A stretch of 64,000 nt of DNA from Mobula hypostoma (GCF_963921235.1 NC_086097.1:70496001-70560000), one strand, 5' to 3'. Numbered from the stretch's first letter, positions 50,543 through 64,000 are shown. The notes: a model not told the origin generated them from the letters alone. Numbers and translations are program-made.

Positions 50543-51483
50543 TAGATGGAGAAGTGAGTCAGTTTACGAAAATCAAGAGAGGCGTTAGATAAGGGTGTAT
50601 TTTCTCCCCCGATTTATTTAGTGTGTACAGTGAAACAATATTACAAAAATAAGAGACATCTTGGGAATTGAAGTTGGTGGTGAAAACATCAATAATTTCA
50701 GATATACAGATGACACTGTGTTAATTGCAAGTACGGAGGAAGAACTACAAAACTTAATTGATATAATTGTTGAAGAAAGTGCAAAAATGGGTCTATCTAT
50801 CAATTGCAAAAAGATAGAATGTATGGTGATATCCAAAAAGAAGGAGAATCCTATCTGCAGGCTGAGAATAAACGGGGAAGACATAAAACAAGTACAGAAC
50901 TTGTGCTACTTAGGAAGCTGGGTGACATCAGATGGCAGGTGCGACATGGACATCAAAAGAAGAATAGGGATGGCAAAAGACACCTTTATGAGAATGAAGA
51001 GTATACTGACCAATACTAAACTAGGCATGACAACCTGCCTCAGAGTACTGAAATGTTACGTTTATCCAGTTACGTTATATGGCTCAGAATGTTGGACAAT
51101 ACCTAGTAACATGAGAAACAAATTGAAGCAGCAGAGATGTGGTTTTTGAGGAGGATGCAAAGAATATCATGGACGAGACGAATATCTAACGAAGATGTCA
51201 TGAACAGAGCAAACACGAAAAGAGAAATAATGTATGAGATCATGAAAAGGCAACGTAACTTCATTGGACATGTGATTAAGAAAGAGGAGTTAGAATGCAT
51301 GGTAATTATGGGAAAGATTGAAGGGAAGAAAGCAAGAGGAAGACAAAGGCAAATGATGATGGAGCCAGCAGCCAGAGAACCAGAAATGAATACCAATGAA
51401 TTGATCCACTTGACCCGAAACAGGAGTGTGTGGGCCATGGCAGTCAAAACTCAAACTGGGCATGGTACCTGATGGTGATGATG
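50543..51483 (+). mobile_element. 5'-truncated RTE-clade LINE
   Basis: INNFRYTDDTVL, YLGSW, DIKRRIGMAK, LYGSECWT, GKIEGKKARGRQR. (GAT)n tail. 9-bp TSD ATGGGTGAA at 50534-50542 and 51484-51492. Confidence 0.93.
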
Positions 51484-51550
51484 ATGGGTGAAATTATCAA
51501 TCCCTGGATGAAATGTCTGAAACAATTATACAGAATTTATGGTCCAAATT

Positions 51551-51680
51551 AAGGGTCTCAGCCCAAAAAGTCAACCATTTATTAATTTCCATTGATGCTC
51601 CCAGACCTGCTGAGTTTCTCCTGCATTTCATTTTTGTGTTACTCTGGATTTCCAGCATCTGCAGAATCTCTTGTGTTTAG
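51551..51680 (+). mobile_element. Short PLE 3' tail starting inside the hammerhead
   Basis: AAGGGTCTCAGCCCAAAAAGTCAAC...GATGCT...CCAGCATCTGCAGAATCTCTTGTG. Confidence 0.75.
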
Positions 51681-53129
51681 AGTTTATGTTGATGTTAGTT
51701 TCACACTATTAACAGATAATCATATTCTTAGCTCCATAGGAAAAAAAACATCTTTTGCATGGTGAGCCAATGTTAATCTTTGCCTCTTCTTTCTCTGTAC
51801 TTGCCATTTCACAAGCACAGTGTTACTTAAAGTTACTCTTTGTAGCCAGGATATTCTGCAGGTTTCTGCCTTTCAAAACTGGTGAAAATAGCAAGGACTG
51901 GGAAATAAGCTCCCAATTTCAAATAAAAAAATCAGAGCAGGAATAATTCAGATCATCTCATATCAACAATGCTTCCCACAGGTAGACCATACCTTTGGTC
52001 ACTGTGATGCTTCATCTGGTGTATTTGTTTATCATCTTGTGTATGGAAACACTTCATTTCTTAATGTATAACTGAAGGACTGCGGCTGCTTGGTACCACT
52101 GATTAAGTACTCTCCTCATAATGGAAACTGGCAGCAGTACATTTTAACCAACTGGATAGTAATTTGGCACCGTATGCTACTAATCTATTGCTAAAATAGG
52201 CTATTTGTCCCATTCTATTCAATGTCAAATCCAATAATACATTTCAAATCAGGTATCAGTGTGACAGAAAATAATGAACAAGAAAGCCGAACCAACTTAT
52301 TGCTTCCTATTGGAGTCTAATTGGTTCAGGTAATAGTGTTGCCTCTCAACAAGAGCTTTGACATAATTTTTCCCCCTTTCTACCTTTGCAGATCACTAAA
52401 CAGCTTCTTGCCTGACCACACAAAGAGCTATATGGATGTTATAATTGACTGCAGAGAAATGAATTGAATTGGGTACATCATCTAGTTCCCTAATTTAGCC
52501 AGGCGAAGCAATAATGAGGAATATTATAACTTGTCCTGAATAGGCCATCCTTTAAAAAGAATTTAAAAAAATCAAAACACTGTTCACTGCAACGAAAAAT
52601 GCATGAGTAAGACTTCTTACTGCCGCCCTGGCTTGTGGGCTTAATACGTTTTGACATTGTAAGCTCTATAAACAGCCACTTTACTGTCAAAGGGGAAAGA
52701 AATATTAGCAGTTGGCCCAACTGACATTTGATGCATATAAAACATTGGCACGCAATAAACACAGCAGACATGGAGATATTAAACATGACAAATTGCTGCT
52801 TGTGCAGCTTGGAGGTTTGTAACTAGGGACAAATGTGTTTAAACTAGGCAGCAATAAGACTTAATAGCAAAGACTAAGCCAAGATTAATACATTGTGATG
52901 GAGAAGCATGGAAGATACATTTATATTGTACTTGAAACATTAACATGGTAAAAAATTATCTTAAATTTCCAAGACAGCATTTAGATTAATATCAGATTAA
53001 AGTAAGTGCTTCCATTTCTAAGAGTAGCACTCATGTTCCAGGGTGTATGGGAAAATCACCCTTACCTATTGGAAAAAGTTTGTTTTGAAGTTAATCATTG
53101 AAGTTATCAATGAGAAAAGAACTTCCCTC

Positions 53130-54055
53130 TCAGCTCCCCCTTAAATATTTCACCCCAGACCTATCAAGTCTAGCTCTTGTCTCACCCAACTTCAGTGGAA
53201 AAAGCCTGCTTGTATTTCCCTTATCTATACCCTTCATAATTTTGTATATGACACTATCTACTTGTGAAGGCACTTTCAAAGAATTTTGGATCTGTGTTCA
53301 GGAGGGCAAATCAGGGTAGGACTTAAACAATGAATGGTAGGACACGGAAGGGTGTGGGTAACTGAGGGATCTGGGAATACAGATCCATAATTCCTTGAAA
53401 GTGACTTCACAGGTAGATAGTATTGTAATGAGAGCTCTTGGCACATTGACCTTTATAAATCAGAGTATTGAGCACAGGAGTTGGGATATTATGTTGAACT
53501 TGTCTAAGATGTTGGTGAGACCAAATTTGGAGTATGGTTAGGTTCTGGTCACCTATCTACAGGAAAAATATCAATAAGATTGAAAGAGTACTGAGAAAAT
53601 TTACAAGGATCTTGCCAGGACTTAAGGGCCTGAGTTATAGGGAAAGGTTGAGTAGGTTAGGATTCCCCTGGAGTGTCGGAGAATGAGGTGAGATCTTATA
53701 GAGGGATACAAAATTATGAGGGGTATGGATAGGATAAATTCAAGCAGGCTGTTTTTCCACTGAGGTTAGGTGAGAGTAGAACTAGATGTCAAAGGTTAAG
53801 AGTGAAATGTCAAACATTTAAGAACAACCGGAGGGGTAACTTCTTCACTCAGAGGGTGGTGTGAATGTGGATCGAGCTGCCAGTAGATGTGGTAGGTCCA
53901 GGTTCAACATTTAAGAGAAGTTTGGATGTGCACAGATGAGAGTGGTATGGAGGGGTATAGTCCATGTGCGCATCAATGGGACTAAGCAGAATAACAGTTT
54001 GACATGGCTTAGATGGGCCTAATGGCCTGTTTCTGTGCTATAATTATCAATGACT
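53130..54055 (+). mobile_element. CR1 3' fragment, preceded by an inverted CR1 piece at ~53130-53300
   Basis: Decayed LVRPNLEY and ERVLRKFTRILPGL, followed by a CR1 3' UTR. Confidence 0.8.
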
Positions 54056-54269
54056 CTACAAACTCTGTATTCTGAATATTTCACTTTTTAAAGCCTCCCA
54101 TTTACCAAGCATCCCTTTGCCAGAAAACAACCTATCCCAATGCACAACTGCCAAGTCCTTTCTAATGCCATCCAATTTGGCCTTTCTCCAATTTAGATTC
54201 TCATCTGAGTACCTGTCCCATCCTGCTCCATAACTGTCTTGAAATGAATGGAATTATGATCACTAATAC

Positions 54270-55950
54270 CTGCACCCAGGCTGAGCTCATTAATTTCATC
54301 AACTTTGCCTCCAACTTCCACCTGCCCTTAAACTGACTTGATCCATCTTTGATACCTCTCTCCCTTTTCTCAATCTCTTTGTTTCCATTCTGGAAAGAGA
54401 CCCCATCTACTGATATTGTTTGTAAGCCTACTAACTCTCATAGCTATCTTGACTATAGCTCTTTCCACCCTTTGATTTGTGAAAATGCTATTCCTTTTTC
54501 TCAGTTCCTTCATCTCCACCAAATCTGTTCTTGGGATGAGGCTTTTCCTTCCAGAATATCTGAGGTGGAGTCTTTTTTTAAAGAATGGAGGCTCCCTTCC
54601 ACTACTGCCCTTACCCTCATCCCCTTCATCTCCTGTACATCTGTCCACACCACCTCTTCCTGCTGCCATAATAGGAACAGGGTTCCCCTTTTACTTACCT
54701 ACCACCCCACATGCCTCTGAATCCAGCACATCATTCTTCGCAAGTTACGCCATCTTCAACCGGATCCTATCACTAAACATATCTTTCCCTCCACTTTCCA
54801 CAGGGATCACAGAATCTGTGATTCCCTTGTTCCCCCCCCCCCCCCCACTGATCTCTTTCCTGGTTTTTAACCCCTGCAATCAGGGCAAGTTTATTTACTT
54901 TTACTTAGAAGTGTAACGCAGAATAAACCCCTCCGGCCATTCGAGCTGTGCCACCCCAGCAATCCTCGATTTAACCCCAGACTATTCACGGAACAAGTTA
55001 TAGTGAGGAACTGACCCACTCATCCATACGTCTTTGGACTGTGGGAGGAAACCCATGCATTCCACAGGGAGGACATACAGACTCCTTATAGATGACGTTG
55101 GAACTGAACTCTGAACTCTGAAGCCCAAGGCTACAATAGTGTCGCCATAACCGCTACGCTACCGTGGCAGGTGCTACACCTGCCGCTGCACTTCTTCCCT
55201 CAGCGCAATTCAGGAGCCCAAACGTTCCTTCCGAATAAGGCAACACTTCCCGTGCAAGTCTGTCAGGGTCATCTCCTGTATCTGGTGCTCCCCGTGCAGC
55301 CTCCTCTACCTCGGTGTGATCTGATGTAGAACGGGGAACCGCTTCACCAAGCACTTTCACTCCGACCGCTACAAAAGACGGGATTTTCTGGCAGCCACCT
55401 ATTTCAGTTTGATTTCCCATTCCTATCCTGACATGTCGGTCCACAGCCTCCTCTGCTCCCATGATGGGGCGGATTTTAGGTTGGAGGAGCAGCACCTCAT
55501 ATTCCATCTGGGTAGCCTCCAATCTGATGGCATGAACATTGATTCATCTAACTTCTGGTAACTTCTCCCTCCTCTTCCTTCTCTCTTTTTTCCATTCCCC
55601 ATTAAGGCTCCTTTCTATCCTCTTCTCTATTCCTCACCCCCCCCATCTCCTTCCTCCGGTATCCCTTCTTCCCTTTCTCCCAGAGTCCACTGCCCTCTTC
55701 TTCAGTCCTTTACCTCTTACACCTATCACGTCATAACTTCTTACTTCATCCTCCCCCTTCCCCCCCACCCACCATCTACCTTTCCCCTCACCTGCTTTCA
55801 CCTGTCACCTGCCAGCTTGTACTCCTTCCCCCCGCCAACATTTTCATTCTGGTTTCTTCCCCCTTCTTTTCCAATCCTGATGAAGGGTCTACCCCAAAAC
55901 GTTGACTGTTTATTCCTCACCATAGATGCTACCTGGCCTGAAGAGCTCTT
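54270..55950 (+). mobile_element. Decayed PLE inserted into an old CR1 (54085-54270 and 55955-56580, minus)
   Basis: KPTNSHSYLDYSS...NAIPFSQF, a GIY-YIG remnant, and a decayed hammerhead at 55873-55907. Confidence 0.88.
54890..55165 (-). mobile_element. tRNA-derived V-SINE/HE1-like SINE inserted into the PLE
   Basis: Minus strand GGTAGCGTAGCGG A-box and V-domain-like GGGTTTCCTCCCACAGTCCAAAGAC. Flanked by GGCAAG/GGCAGG. Confidence 0.75.
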
Positions 55951-58289
55951 CCAGCATTTTGTGTGTGTTGCCCTAGAACCAGTTACATGATAGTCACTTC
56001 TGTCATGTTCCCTAGTAGGAGATCCAGTATCACACTCTCTAGAGTTGTGTCCTTTGATTAAGGAAACTTTGCTGAACACATTTGACAAAATCTGTCTTAT
56101 TCAGTCCTTCTATTTTATGAGAGTCCCAATCAATATGTGGGAAGTTAAAAGCACCGACTATCACAACATTATATTTCTGGCAACTGACTTCTAGCTCTCT
56201 ATAAATTAGCTTCTCTAAATCCCGCTGACTATTCGGTGGTCTATAATATACTGTAATCCCAATAATGTGGTCACCCCTTTCTTATTCCTCAGTTCTACCC
56301 ATGTAGCCTCAGTAGACGAGCCCTCCAGCCTGTCCCATGTGAACATTGGCGCGACATTTTCCTTGACTTGTAATGCTTCCCCCCCCCCACCCTTTTAATA
56401 CTTCCCACTCTATTGTGTCTGAAACAATGGAACCCTGGAACACTGAGCTATCAATCCTGACTCTCCTGCAACCAAGTCTCACTAATGTCTACAATATCAT
56501 AATTTCAGGTACTGATCCATGCTCTACCTACAATACTCCTTACATTGAAATAGACACAAGTCAGAACCTTAGTCCCAGCATGCTCACCCTTTCAGTTCTT
56601 GTCTTCGTATGTATAGCAAGCTGCTTAATTATACTAAGTGACTGTAATAAAACAAGGACAAAACCAAAGGCAGCTCCACAAGAAATGGAAATGGTGACTA
56701 TGGCTCATCATTTTCCCATAGCCAAGTAAATTTGAACAATTAATGTGCCGTGATCATCCCATAATTGTGTATCATGCATTTGGTTGTTTGGGAAATAAAT
56801 GAAAACGAGGATTATTACTCAATGCCACTGGCAATAGATGTTCAGTCTCTCTACATCATTATGCCAGATTAAGCTGAAATCGACTGATTAACACAACATT
56901 AAGAAATGGATATACTTAAATTGGTTGGGCTGAGTGTTTGGCTATTGCTTGAGAAAGTGAAGCTTTCTCATTCTGCTGTAGATCAGACTAGCTGCCTTTG
57001 CTGCCATCCTTACACATCAGAATGAGAGTTGTATTCATCCAGTCAGATCTAGGTCAGCTCAGAATAGCAGCTCATGCCCACTTAGCTCTCATCACTCCAA
57101 CAGGGACACTATAACATGTTTCTAAAATATTCATGTCTGTTGACATTCAATTAGAAAAAACTACACTTAATATTTCATGGATGAGCAGATCACTGAATAA
57201 AATGATTTTTGAAAGCTGTGAAAAAACTATATGATGAGAAAAATACAAAGTCTGGAAAGAAATATCAAAACTACAAGCCATGACTGAATGAAAGGCTTGA
57301 ATAATTGTTTGGACATTGGAGTTAAGGCTGTTTGGTTTCCTGCTTTGAAGCTTACCACTTTCTCCCTTCTCTGTTCCCTGCATTCTGCTCTTCCTGCAAA
57401 GTGGATCACGGCTTGAGATAGTTAGTGCACATGTTAAAACCAAATCTATTTCTCTCCTTGTTACTACATTGGCTGATCAGGCAATTTGACAGAGAGAAAA
57501 ATATTTGGTTTTAATACCTATCAACTGGTCCAAGTGCTACCGGCACTTTTCATGAGATGCATGTGTGTGTGGGAGAGAACAACAACAGCCAAAGAGAGAA
57601 TTCCAGCATAGACCAAATAGGAGCAATGGAATGGAGGGTTGGAGGTGAGGTGTGAGGTGGAAAGAAGTGACGAGAGGGAAATAGAGTGGAAGAGAGAGAA
57701 GCAGAGAGTGGGAGAGGAAAAGGCGGGGAGGGAGGGGGGACAGAGAGAGAGATAGAGAGATTCTATGACTATTATTTTAACAACAATTTTTAAAATAAAG
57801 AGAAAAAATAGAATGTCATAGGGGTTTAGAAAAGCAGTGACAGTGGAAGAAAGCATGGGTGGATACAGAGAAACCGAGGGAGTGATTGGGTGCAAATCAT
57901 GAGACACAGAATTTGTTGTTAAACTGCATATTGAAGGTACAGTTGTTGAAACTTGGAAGATTCTCCCTTATTATGGAAAGCATATTACTTTATTGTTGGA
58001 GAAGGAACTGGAACCTCTACCAAGTTTTGAGCGAGCATACTAAAACCAAATCAGTCACTACTTGTTTGACTTTCATTAAGTCTCATGACAAAGGAATTTT
58101 AGCCAGGAAGTTGACTAATAGAGTAGTTTGCTGAGGTGGGTGAAGCTGGTGAGGCCCAGAATAAGTGGGTGGGTGGGGCGAGTACAAGCTGGCAGGTGAT
58201 AGGTGAGACTAGGTGAGAAGGAAGGTGGATGGGTAGGCGGGGTGGGGGAATGAAGGAAGAAGCTTGGAGGTGGTTGGTGGAAGAGGTAA

Positions 58290-58780
58290 TTACTCTCATC
58301 TCCTGTTTGGGTAGCCTCCAGCCTAATGGCATGAACATCAATTTCTCTAACTTCCAGTAATTTCTGCCCCACTTTTCATTTTTTTTCCAGTCCCCATTCC
58401 GGGTACCCTCTCACACCTTCTCTTCTCCGCATTCGCCCATCACCTCTCTCTGGTTCCCTTCCTCCTTCCCTTTCCTCCATGGTGCACTGTTCTCTCCTAA
58501 TAGATTCCTTCTTCAGCCCTTTACCTCTTCCACCTATCAGGTTCCAACTTCTACTTCATTCCTCCTCCCCACCCACCTGGTCTTACCTATCACCTACCCC
58601 CAGCTTGTACTCGTTCCCCTCCCCTCACCTTCATTTTCTGGCTTCTTCCCCCTTCCTTTCCAGTCCTGATGGAAGATCTAGGCCTGAAAGATTGATGGTT
58701 TAGTTCCCTCCATAGATGCTACCTGATTTGTAGAGCTCCTTTGTGTCTGATTTCCAGCATCTGGAGAATCTCTTGTGTGT
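58290..58780 (+). mobile_element. PLE 3' end, preceded by an inverted PLE 3'-UTR segment (~58130-58289)
   Basis: GGGTAGCCTCCAGCCTAATGGCATGAACATC. Decayed hammerhead at 58662-58696. Confidence 0.85.
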
Positions 58781-59180
58781 GAAAATCACTGCTTGACCAG
58801 TGGGAAACGGCTGTTTCTAATAGGTTTGAGGCATTTTATAGAGATTATGGTGGGCTGAGGGTGGGGTGGTGGTGTTGGGATTCCAGCCACATCAGTACAT
58901 TGAAATCCACAATATTTAAATATTAACTTTTGGCCCATTATCCAACTCCCATCTGCTTTGGGTTGATCAGGAACCTTGTCTCTGCTGAGAACTCAGATTA
59001 ATGTCTCAGTCAGGTGCTAGAGACCTTGTCAAAGCCTTCTCTTCATAAAAGTGGACCTCTATGTCGGAGGACAATGGAAAGTCTGAGCTTCCTTCCAGGA
59101 AGTGAGGAGTGGGTTAGGGGTGGGATGGGGAGGAGGTTACGACTATCAAAGAATTCACATCACCACTCAACAGCACACCT

Positions 59181-61545
59181 CAGTGGCGGCGCCAGAGATT
59201 TTTTCTTGCTGGTGCTACGGAGGGGCAAAATGATTCAGTGATGGTGCTGAGGGATGCACTGTATAGTAATATGTATTTGCAAGGCCAGACGCGTGGCGTT
59301 AAAAAGTCAGTTTCAAGCATTATGCACCTACTATAAATGCCTCTGTTGATTCACAAGCAACAGCAATTAATAGATTTAATATAGAAGTGAACTGTTACAG
59401 TGTCAACAGCATCGGAGACAACCTGGGCTACACAGAGCATAAACAAAAAAAACAAACAGAGCATCCGAGCAACAGCGGACAACGTGAATCCCGCACCAAT
59501 CCTTCAATCAGCGTCAAATGCGTGCTTTTGAACTGAAAAACACGACACTAACCCACTGCTATTCGCATTACATAGACAGCAATGCCAAAAGATACACCGT
59601 TATTAAAGGCAAATAAGGCAAACAACAGATGCAAGGCTCTACCAGGAGTTGGATAAATCGTAAAAATAAACAGAATCACCGCTTGGAAGTCTAAGCAAAA
59701 CCAGTAGGTTTAATAGCAGTAAATGTAATATTTTAGGATTTGCAGGAAACATAAGGACTATGGGGTATCCACCACAAAATAATAACAACAATAATCAGCA
59801 TTAGTCTTGGCCCAAATTTTTAAAAAATCAACTGCACTCACCATTAATGTTTTCAGAGAAGCACAATCCATCTGTTGTTGTGATTGGTGGTGAAAGAATC
59901 AATGATTTTCTGGATGTCAAGTGCCTTGGTCCTCCGGCTGTTTATGGCCAACAGAGCCAAGTTGCTGTTCCGAGCATCGCCGCTGCTATTCCTTAAGTAG
60001 TTTTTGATGCGTCTGAGGCAAGAGAAACTCCATTTGCATGAGGACCTATACTGACCTATACACACGTTCTTACTGGGCGAGTGTCTGTTCAATGCTTTTA
60101 AGAAGCGACTCTGCATCCAACCCTTCTGCTGGAGTGAAGTGCAAGAATTCTTCAAGCACTGTTTCGTTATTCAAGTACCGTACCACCACTGATATTTGCT
60201 CCTTTTTACTCAAGTCTTTACTTTCATCCACCATAAGGGCAAAATATCCAGCCTCCTTGATTTCTGCACTTATTTGACGTCTGACCATATCTGCCATAAT
60301 ACCCATAATTTCATTTTGGATATCATGATGAGTGTTTTTTGCATTTCCAGGATTGTCCTCTATTTTTTTAGCTACAGTCTTATTAAACTTCCCAATTACA
60401 CTGACCAACTCAACAAAGTTTCCCCTATTGCCAGATCCAACATTCTCCTGGTGTCCTCGCTGGGCAATGCCTTGGCACGCAGTATAGCATAGAGACTCAA
60501 CCACTGCTCTCATATACTCACGATTTTCTTGGACAATCTTTGCATGTCCTTTATCAAGCATATTTCCCAATCTTGAACCGTCTTGTTTTCTCAATCTGAA
60601 TTCGGCCCATGCCTCCATCGCAAACTTATCAGCTGCACTTACATGGTGGGTTTTGAAAGCTGCTGTAGCTTTCCGCCAGTTGCAGTAACCGGTGACAGTG
60701 AAGGTAGACTCAGAATGGAACCCATGTCCTCCACACAGGAAATGCCTGCATGCGAAGCAGAATGTAGCATCTTTTGTGATTGAATATTCCAGCCAGGAGT
60801 ACAGGTCAAACCAGCCACGAATAAAACTCCTTTGCCGATTGCCAAACTGTTGCGAAGGGTACTTTTTCAATGTTGGCCAACAGAGTCCTTCCTCAGGCTA
60901 TTGGCTAACATCACTAACAGTATTCCCACTCGCACTAAGAGCAGCTTCATCCACATTCTCTTCTGAATACCGCTCCGTTTCTTGTTCCTCTACTTCACCC
61001 TCACACTCCTTCAATGAACTGCTGTCGTCCTCATCCCCACTTACTTCTTTCTGCATGTTACTTTCAATTAAGACATGCTCAAGCTGAGACACCACTGATT
61101 CCTCTGGATGAGGTCATTTTCTCACTAAAAATCGATCTATTTTTCACGCTGGCCAAAATAGTGCATGTGCCAGGCCCACGCTAGCTTGTAAAAGCACAAT
61201 ATGCGCGTGTGACATCCGTTAGTCTCGCGAGACCACAGATCTGCGCCTGGATGTATACTATCAATCTCTCGCGTGAGTGAGAGTGAATGACATCACCACC
61301 TTAAGTGATCTTAGATCAGCTTAACTGACATTGACAATGAACGAATAAGCAGAAGTGTAGGGTGGATCTGACAGAGTTTATAACTTTATTGCTGCATGGG
61401 TGCTATGGTAATTGGGGGCGCTATTTCACTAGATCAGCTGGAGAAACAAGATGTATTCCAAACTATGCAGAGAAAGCAAAGCAGCTGCAGTTAATTTCTT
61501 GGTGGTGCTATAGCCCCAGCTAGCACCACCTTAGTGTCGCCCCTG
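59181..61545 (-). mobile_element. hAT DNA transposon (Tip100/ZMYM1-like), internally deleted
   Basis: Imperfect TIRs CAGTGGCGGCGC / CAGGGGCGACAC. 8-bp TSD GCACACCT (59173-59180) / GCACACTT (61546-61553). Confidence 0.92.
59853..61145 (-). pseudogene. hAT transposase remnant: TTF-type zinc finger, DUF4371/DDE start, C-terminal dimerisation domain
   Basis: WFDLYSWLEYSITKDATFCFAC, GNRGNFVEL, FALMVDESKDLSKKEQISVVVRY, then a jump to SFSCLRRIKNYLRN...LALLAI. In-frame stop at 60898. Confidence 0.9.
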
Positions 61546-64000
61546 GCACACTTTTAAATAAACTGAAGGATAAATGGGATGGGGGTGGTGCTGCAGTGGT
61601 AGTGGTTGCTGGGGATGTGGGGAAAGGATGTAACGAGGCTTCAGGAGAATATGGACACACTGAGTGAATGAGCAAGAACGTCAATGATGGAATATAATGT
61701 TGAAATCTCCAGCAAACTATTTTGGAGCAGAAAACATTTAAAAAATAGTGAGAGATAATGTTGAAGTTTAAAGATACCTAAATGTCCATATTCACAAGGC
61801 ACTGAAAGCCAGTATGCAAGAGTAATAAACAATTAGGAATGTAAATACTATATCTGTGCTCATTATAAAGTGGTTGAGTTCGGGAGTAAAAATACCTTAC
61901 CACAGCTATGAAGAACAACAATACTAAAAAAGGCGAATGTAAATCTAATCTGGAAATGGTCCATTTAAACTTCAATCTTATGAAAAGTTTATAACATTCT
62001 TGCCCCACAGCTATACGTATTTTCATAAAACTGAGCTGCCTGCAAGCTCCTTCTCCAATTTCAAAATCTAATCCTTTGAAATGACCATTCTTTTACTTCC
62101 TATAAACTTAAACAAATAACACAATTTAAGATTTGATTTCTTCTCTCTTGATTGTCTCTGCCTGCTCTAGGTGAAGGGGAGGCATTATTTGCATCCCTGT
62201 CAGCATGGTTTATGTTGCTTGGAACAAAGGTTTGCAAATGGGATTATGTTCCTGTGTTAATTATGTTTGTATCTGTTATAATTGCACCAAATCTCCTCAG
62301 TAGCATCTGTGTTATAAAAGTTTTGTATTGCTATCTATGACACGTATTATGACATGCATTGACACAATACGGAATCTCATTTTGAATCTCCATGGTGTAA
62401 GTAAATTTACTGTTGTTGATCACCTTGAAATGTAGGCGGACTGAGTCTGTGCATGTGCCCAGAAAGTATAACCCGACCACCTTCTGGATACAAGACACGG
62501 TCTCCCACGATCTGCTCCTTACAACTACATCAGGTGGTTCTGCTGTACTAACCTGTGGAGGTTATCAGAGCTCAGCGAAGAAATGAAAATGTGATAGAGG
62601 CTGGATTTTGTTTCTGCTCAGCAATAACCATTTTCTCCATGACTTAGACCAAAACCCACACCAATCCTGGATATTGGAACGATGCTCAAGAAAGCGCGGG
62701 TTTGCGTGGCTCAAAGGGCCAGGAGGGCCTATTCCATGCTGTATCCCAATAAACAAAGAAATACACAAATGTTCCAGTATCAATCTGGGGCAATGGAATT
62801 TCCATTATTTACAGTAACTAATCTGGGTTTGTCTAATTATCTTAAATCAGCAAAGGTGCTTCTCGATTTGATCATTAGGAACTTGATTATTTGGAACTCT
62901 GAACCTGAAGCAGGCATGAGTCAATCTGTACAGTGCAATGCCAATAGACGCAATGGCTGGTGACACAGAAGATCCAAACTAAATGGAGGAAAAGGGTGCA
63001 TTTATCTAAATTATTATTCCATTCACTGTTTGATTACTCTGTAATAAAAAGAACAAAGAATCAGCAGAATCTTTCTGAAGACTTACACATGTGTGTGATT
63101 TTTTTTCATCTGAACACTTTAATGAAAGGTTATTGATCTGAACTTGAATTCTCTTCCTCTCTCCATAGATGCCATATAGGCTGCTGAGTATTTCTTGTAT
63201 ACTCTTGTGCTTTTTATTTTGCTTTTATTTCAGATTTCCAGCATCTGCAGTATTTTGCATTTGACAGTGTTGTTTTTAAGTGCCTTTCCTAAGTTTACTG
63301 TCTTTGATTTACCATGACAATCATGTCAAAGTGCTGTGAGACAGTGCAGGAGACATGACATTAAATATACTGGTAATGTGATTGTGAAGCATTTGGTTTA
63401 ACCTTTGAGGCCAGGCAAGTAAACACTGTTAGTTCAATTCCTATTGGATTTTTCCCACTTTTGACAAGGATAAAAGGCAATGTCAGGATCACTCTGAGAA
63501 TATTTCATTTTGATTTATAAAATGTTAATTGGCTTTGGCTAGAGTAGAATATCTTTAGTTTGCCTTCCTTCCCAAAGGCTCTCATTGAAGTTAACCTTTC
63601 TTTGAAAAGGCTGCAAGGACACTTTAAATGTCTGCAGAACTTGAAGGTCACAGGTCTGACAGGGGGTTGGCCACGTTCTGCCAGACCACATCACCTGCCC
63701 AGGGCAAAATTCTACACTTTTACTGCATAATGTAGCTGGTCACACGGTCACGTCAGTGACGATTGTCAAGTATGGCTATTTCCTGGTTCAAGTTTATTCT
63801 TTTACAATAGAGATATCATATGGCATCTTACATATTATGCCCTCACTGCCTGCCTGTCACTTTTAAGTTTTTGTTTAAGATTGTTATTGATTGTGTAACT
63901 TCAATGTTGCTGTGATTGGCAGATAGATGAGGAGACTCTGAGAACTTATGCTTTGTAGAGATTATGCTGTCAGCCACGAACCTGATATAGGGTCAATGAG

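Noticed and set aside
57590..57880. Purine-rich tract with a hydrophobic antisense ORF (57521-57907); similar tracts at 1-350 and 930-1140
   Set aside because: Low-complexity GA-rich sequence; the ORFs are compositional artefacts.
60070..60870. Host ZMYM1 gene
   Set aside because: It lies between TIRs and a TSD, and has stops and an internal deletion, so it is a hAT transposase remnant.

Overview
This window is eukaryotic, TE-dense, mostly non-coding DNA. The repeat complement (CR1 with (TTCTATG)n tails, Rex1/Babar, Penelope-like, HE1/V-SINE-like SINEs) suggests a cartilaginous fish, probably a ray; this is an inference. I could not identify any intact host protein-coding gene, and nearly all ORFs in the track are retroelement fragments, their antisense frames or repeat artefacts. 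Contents: (1) about 12 Penelope-like element (PLE, RT + GIY-YIG) fragments whose 3' ends carry a minimal type I hammerhead ribozyme motif, including a ~130-bp TSD-flanked insert that is only ribozyme plus tail; (2) many nested CR1, Rex1, RTE and I/Nimb LINE fragments, tRNA-derived SINEs, a solo LTR with a 306-bp tandem duplication, and an internally deleted hAT (Tip100/ZMYM1-like) transposon with TIRs and TSD; (3) a 2.6-kb, 24-bp minisatellite that expanded inside a non-autonomous retroelement, whose unexpanded single unit is visible in a paralog 20 kb away; (4) a repeat-free island at ~22.5-25.2 kb that looks like a host promoter and first exon on the minus strand. Boundaries of old elements are approximate unless a TSD is quoted.
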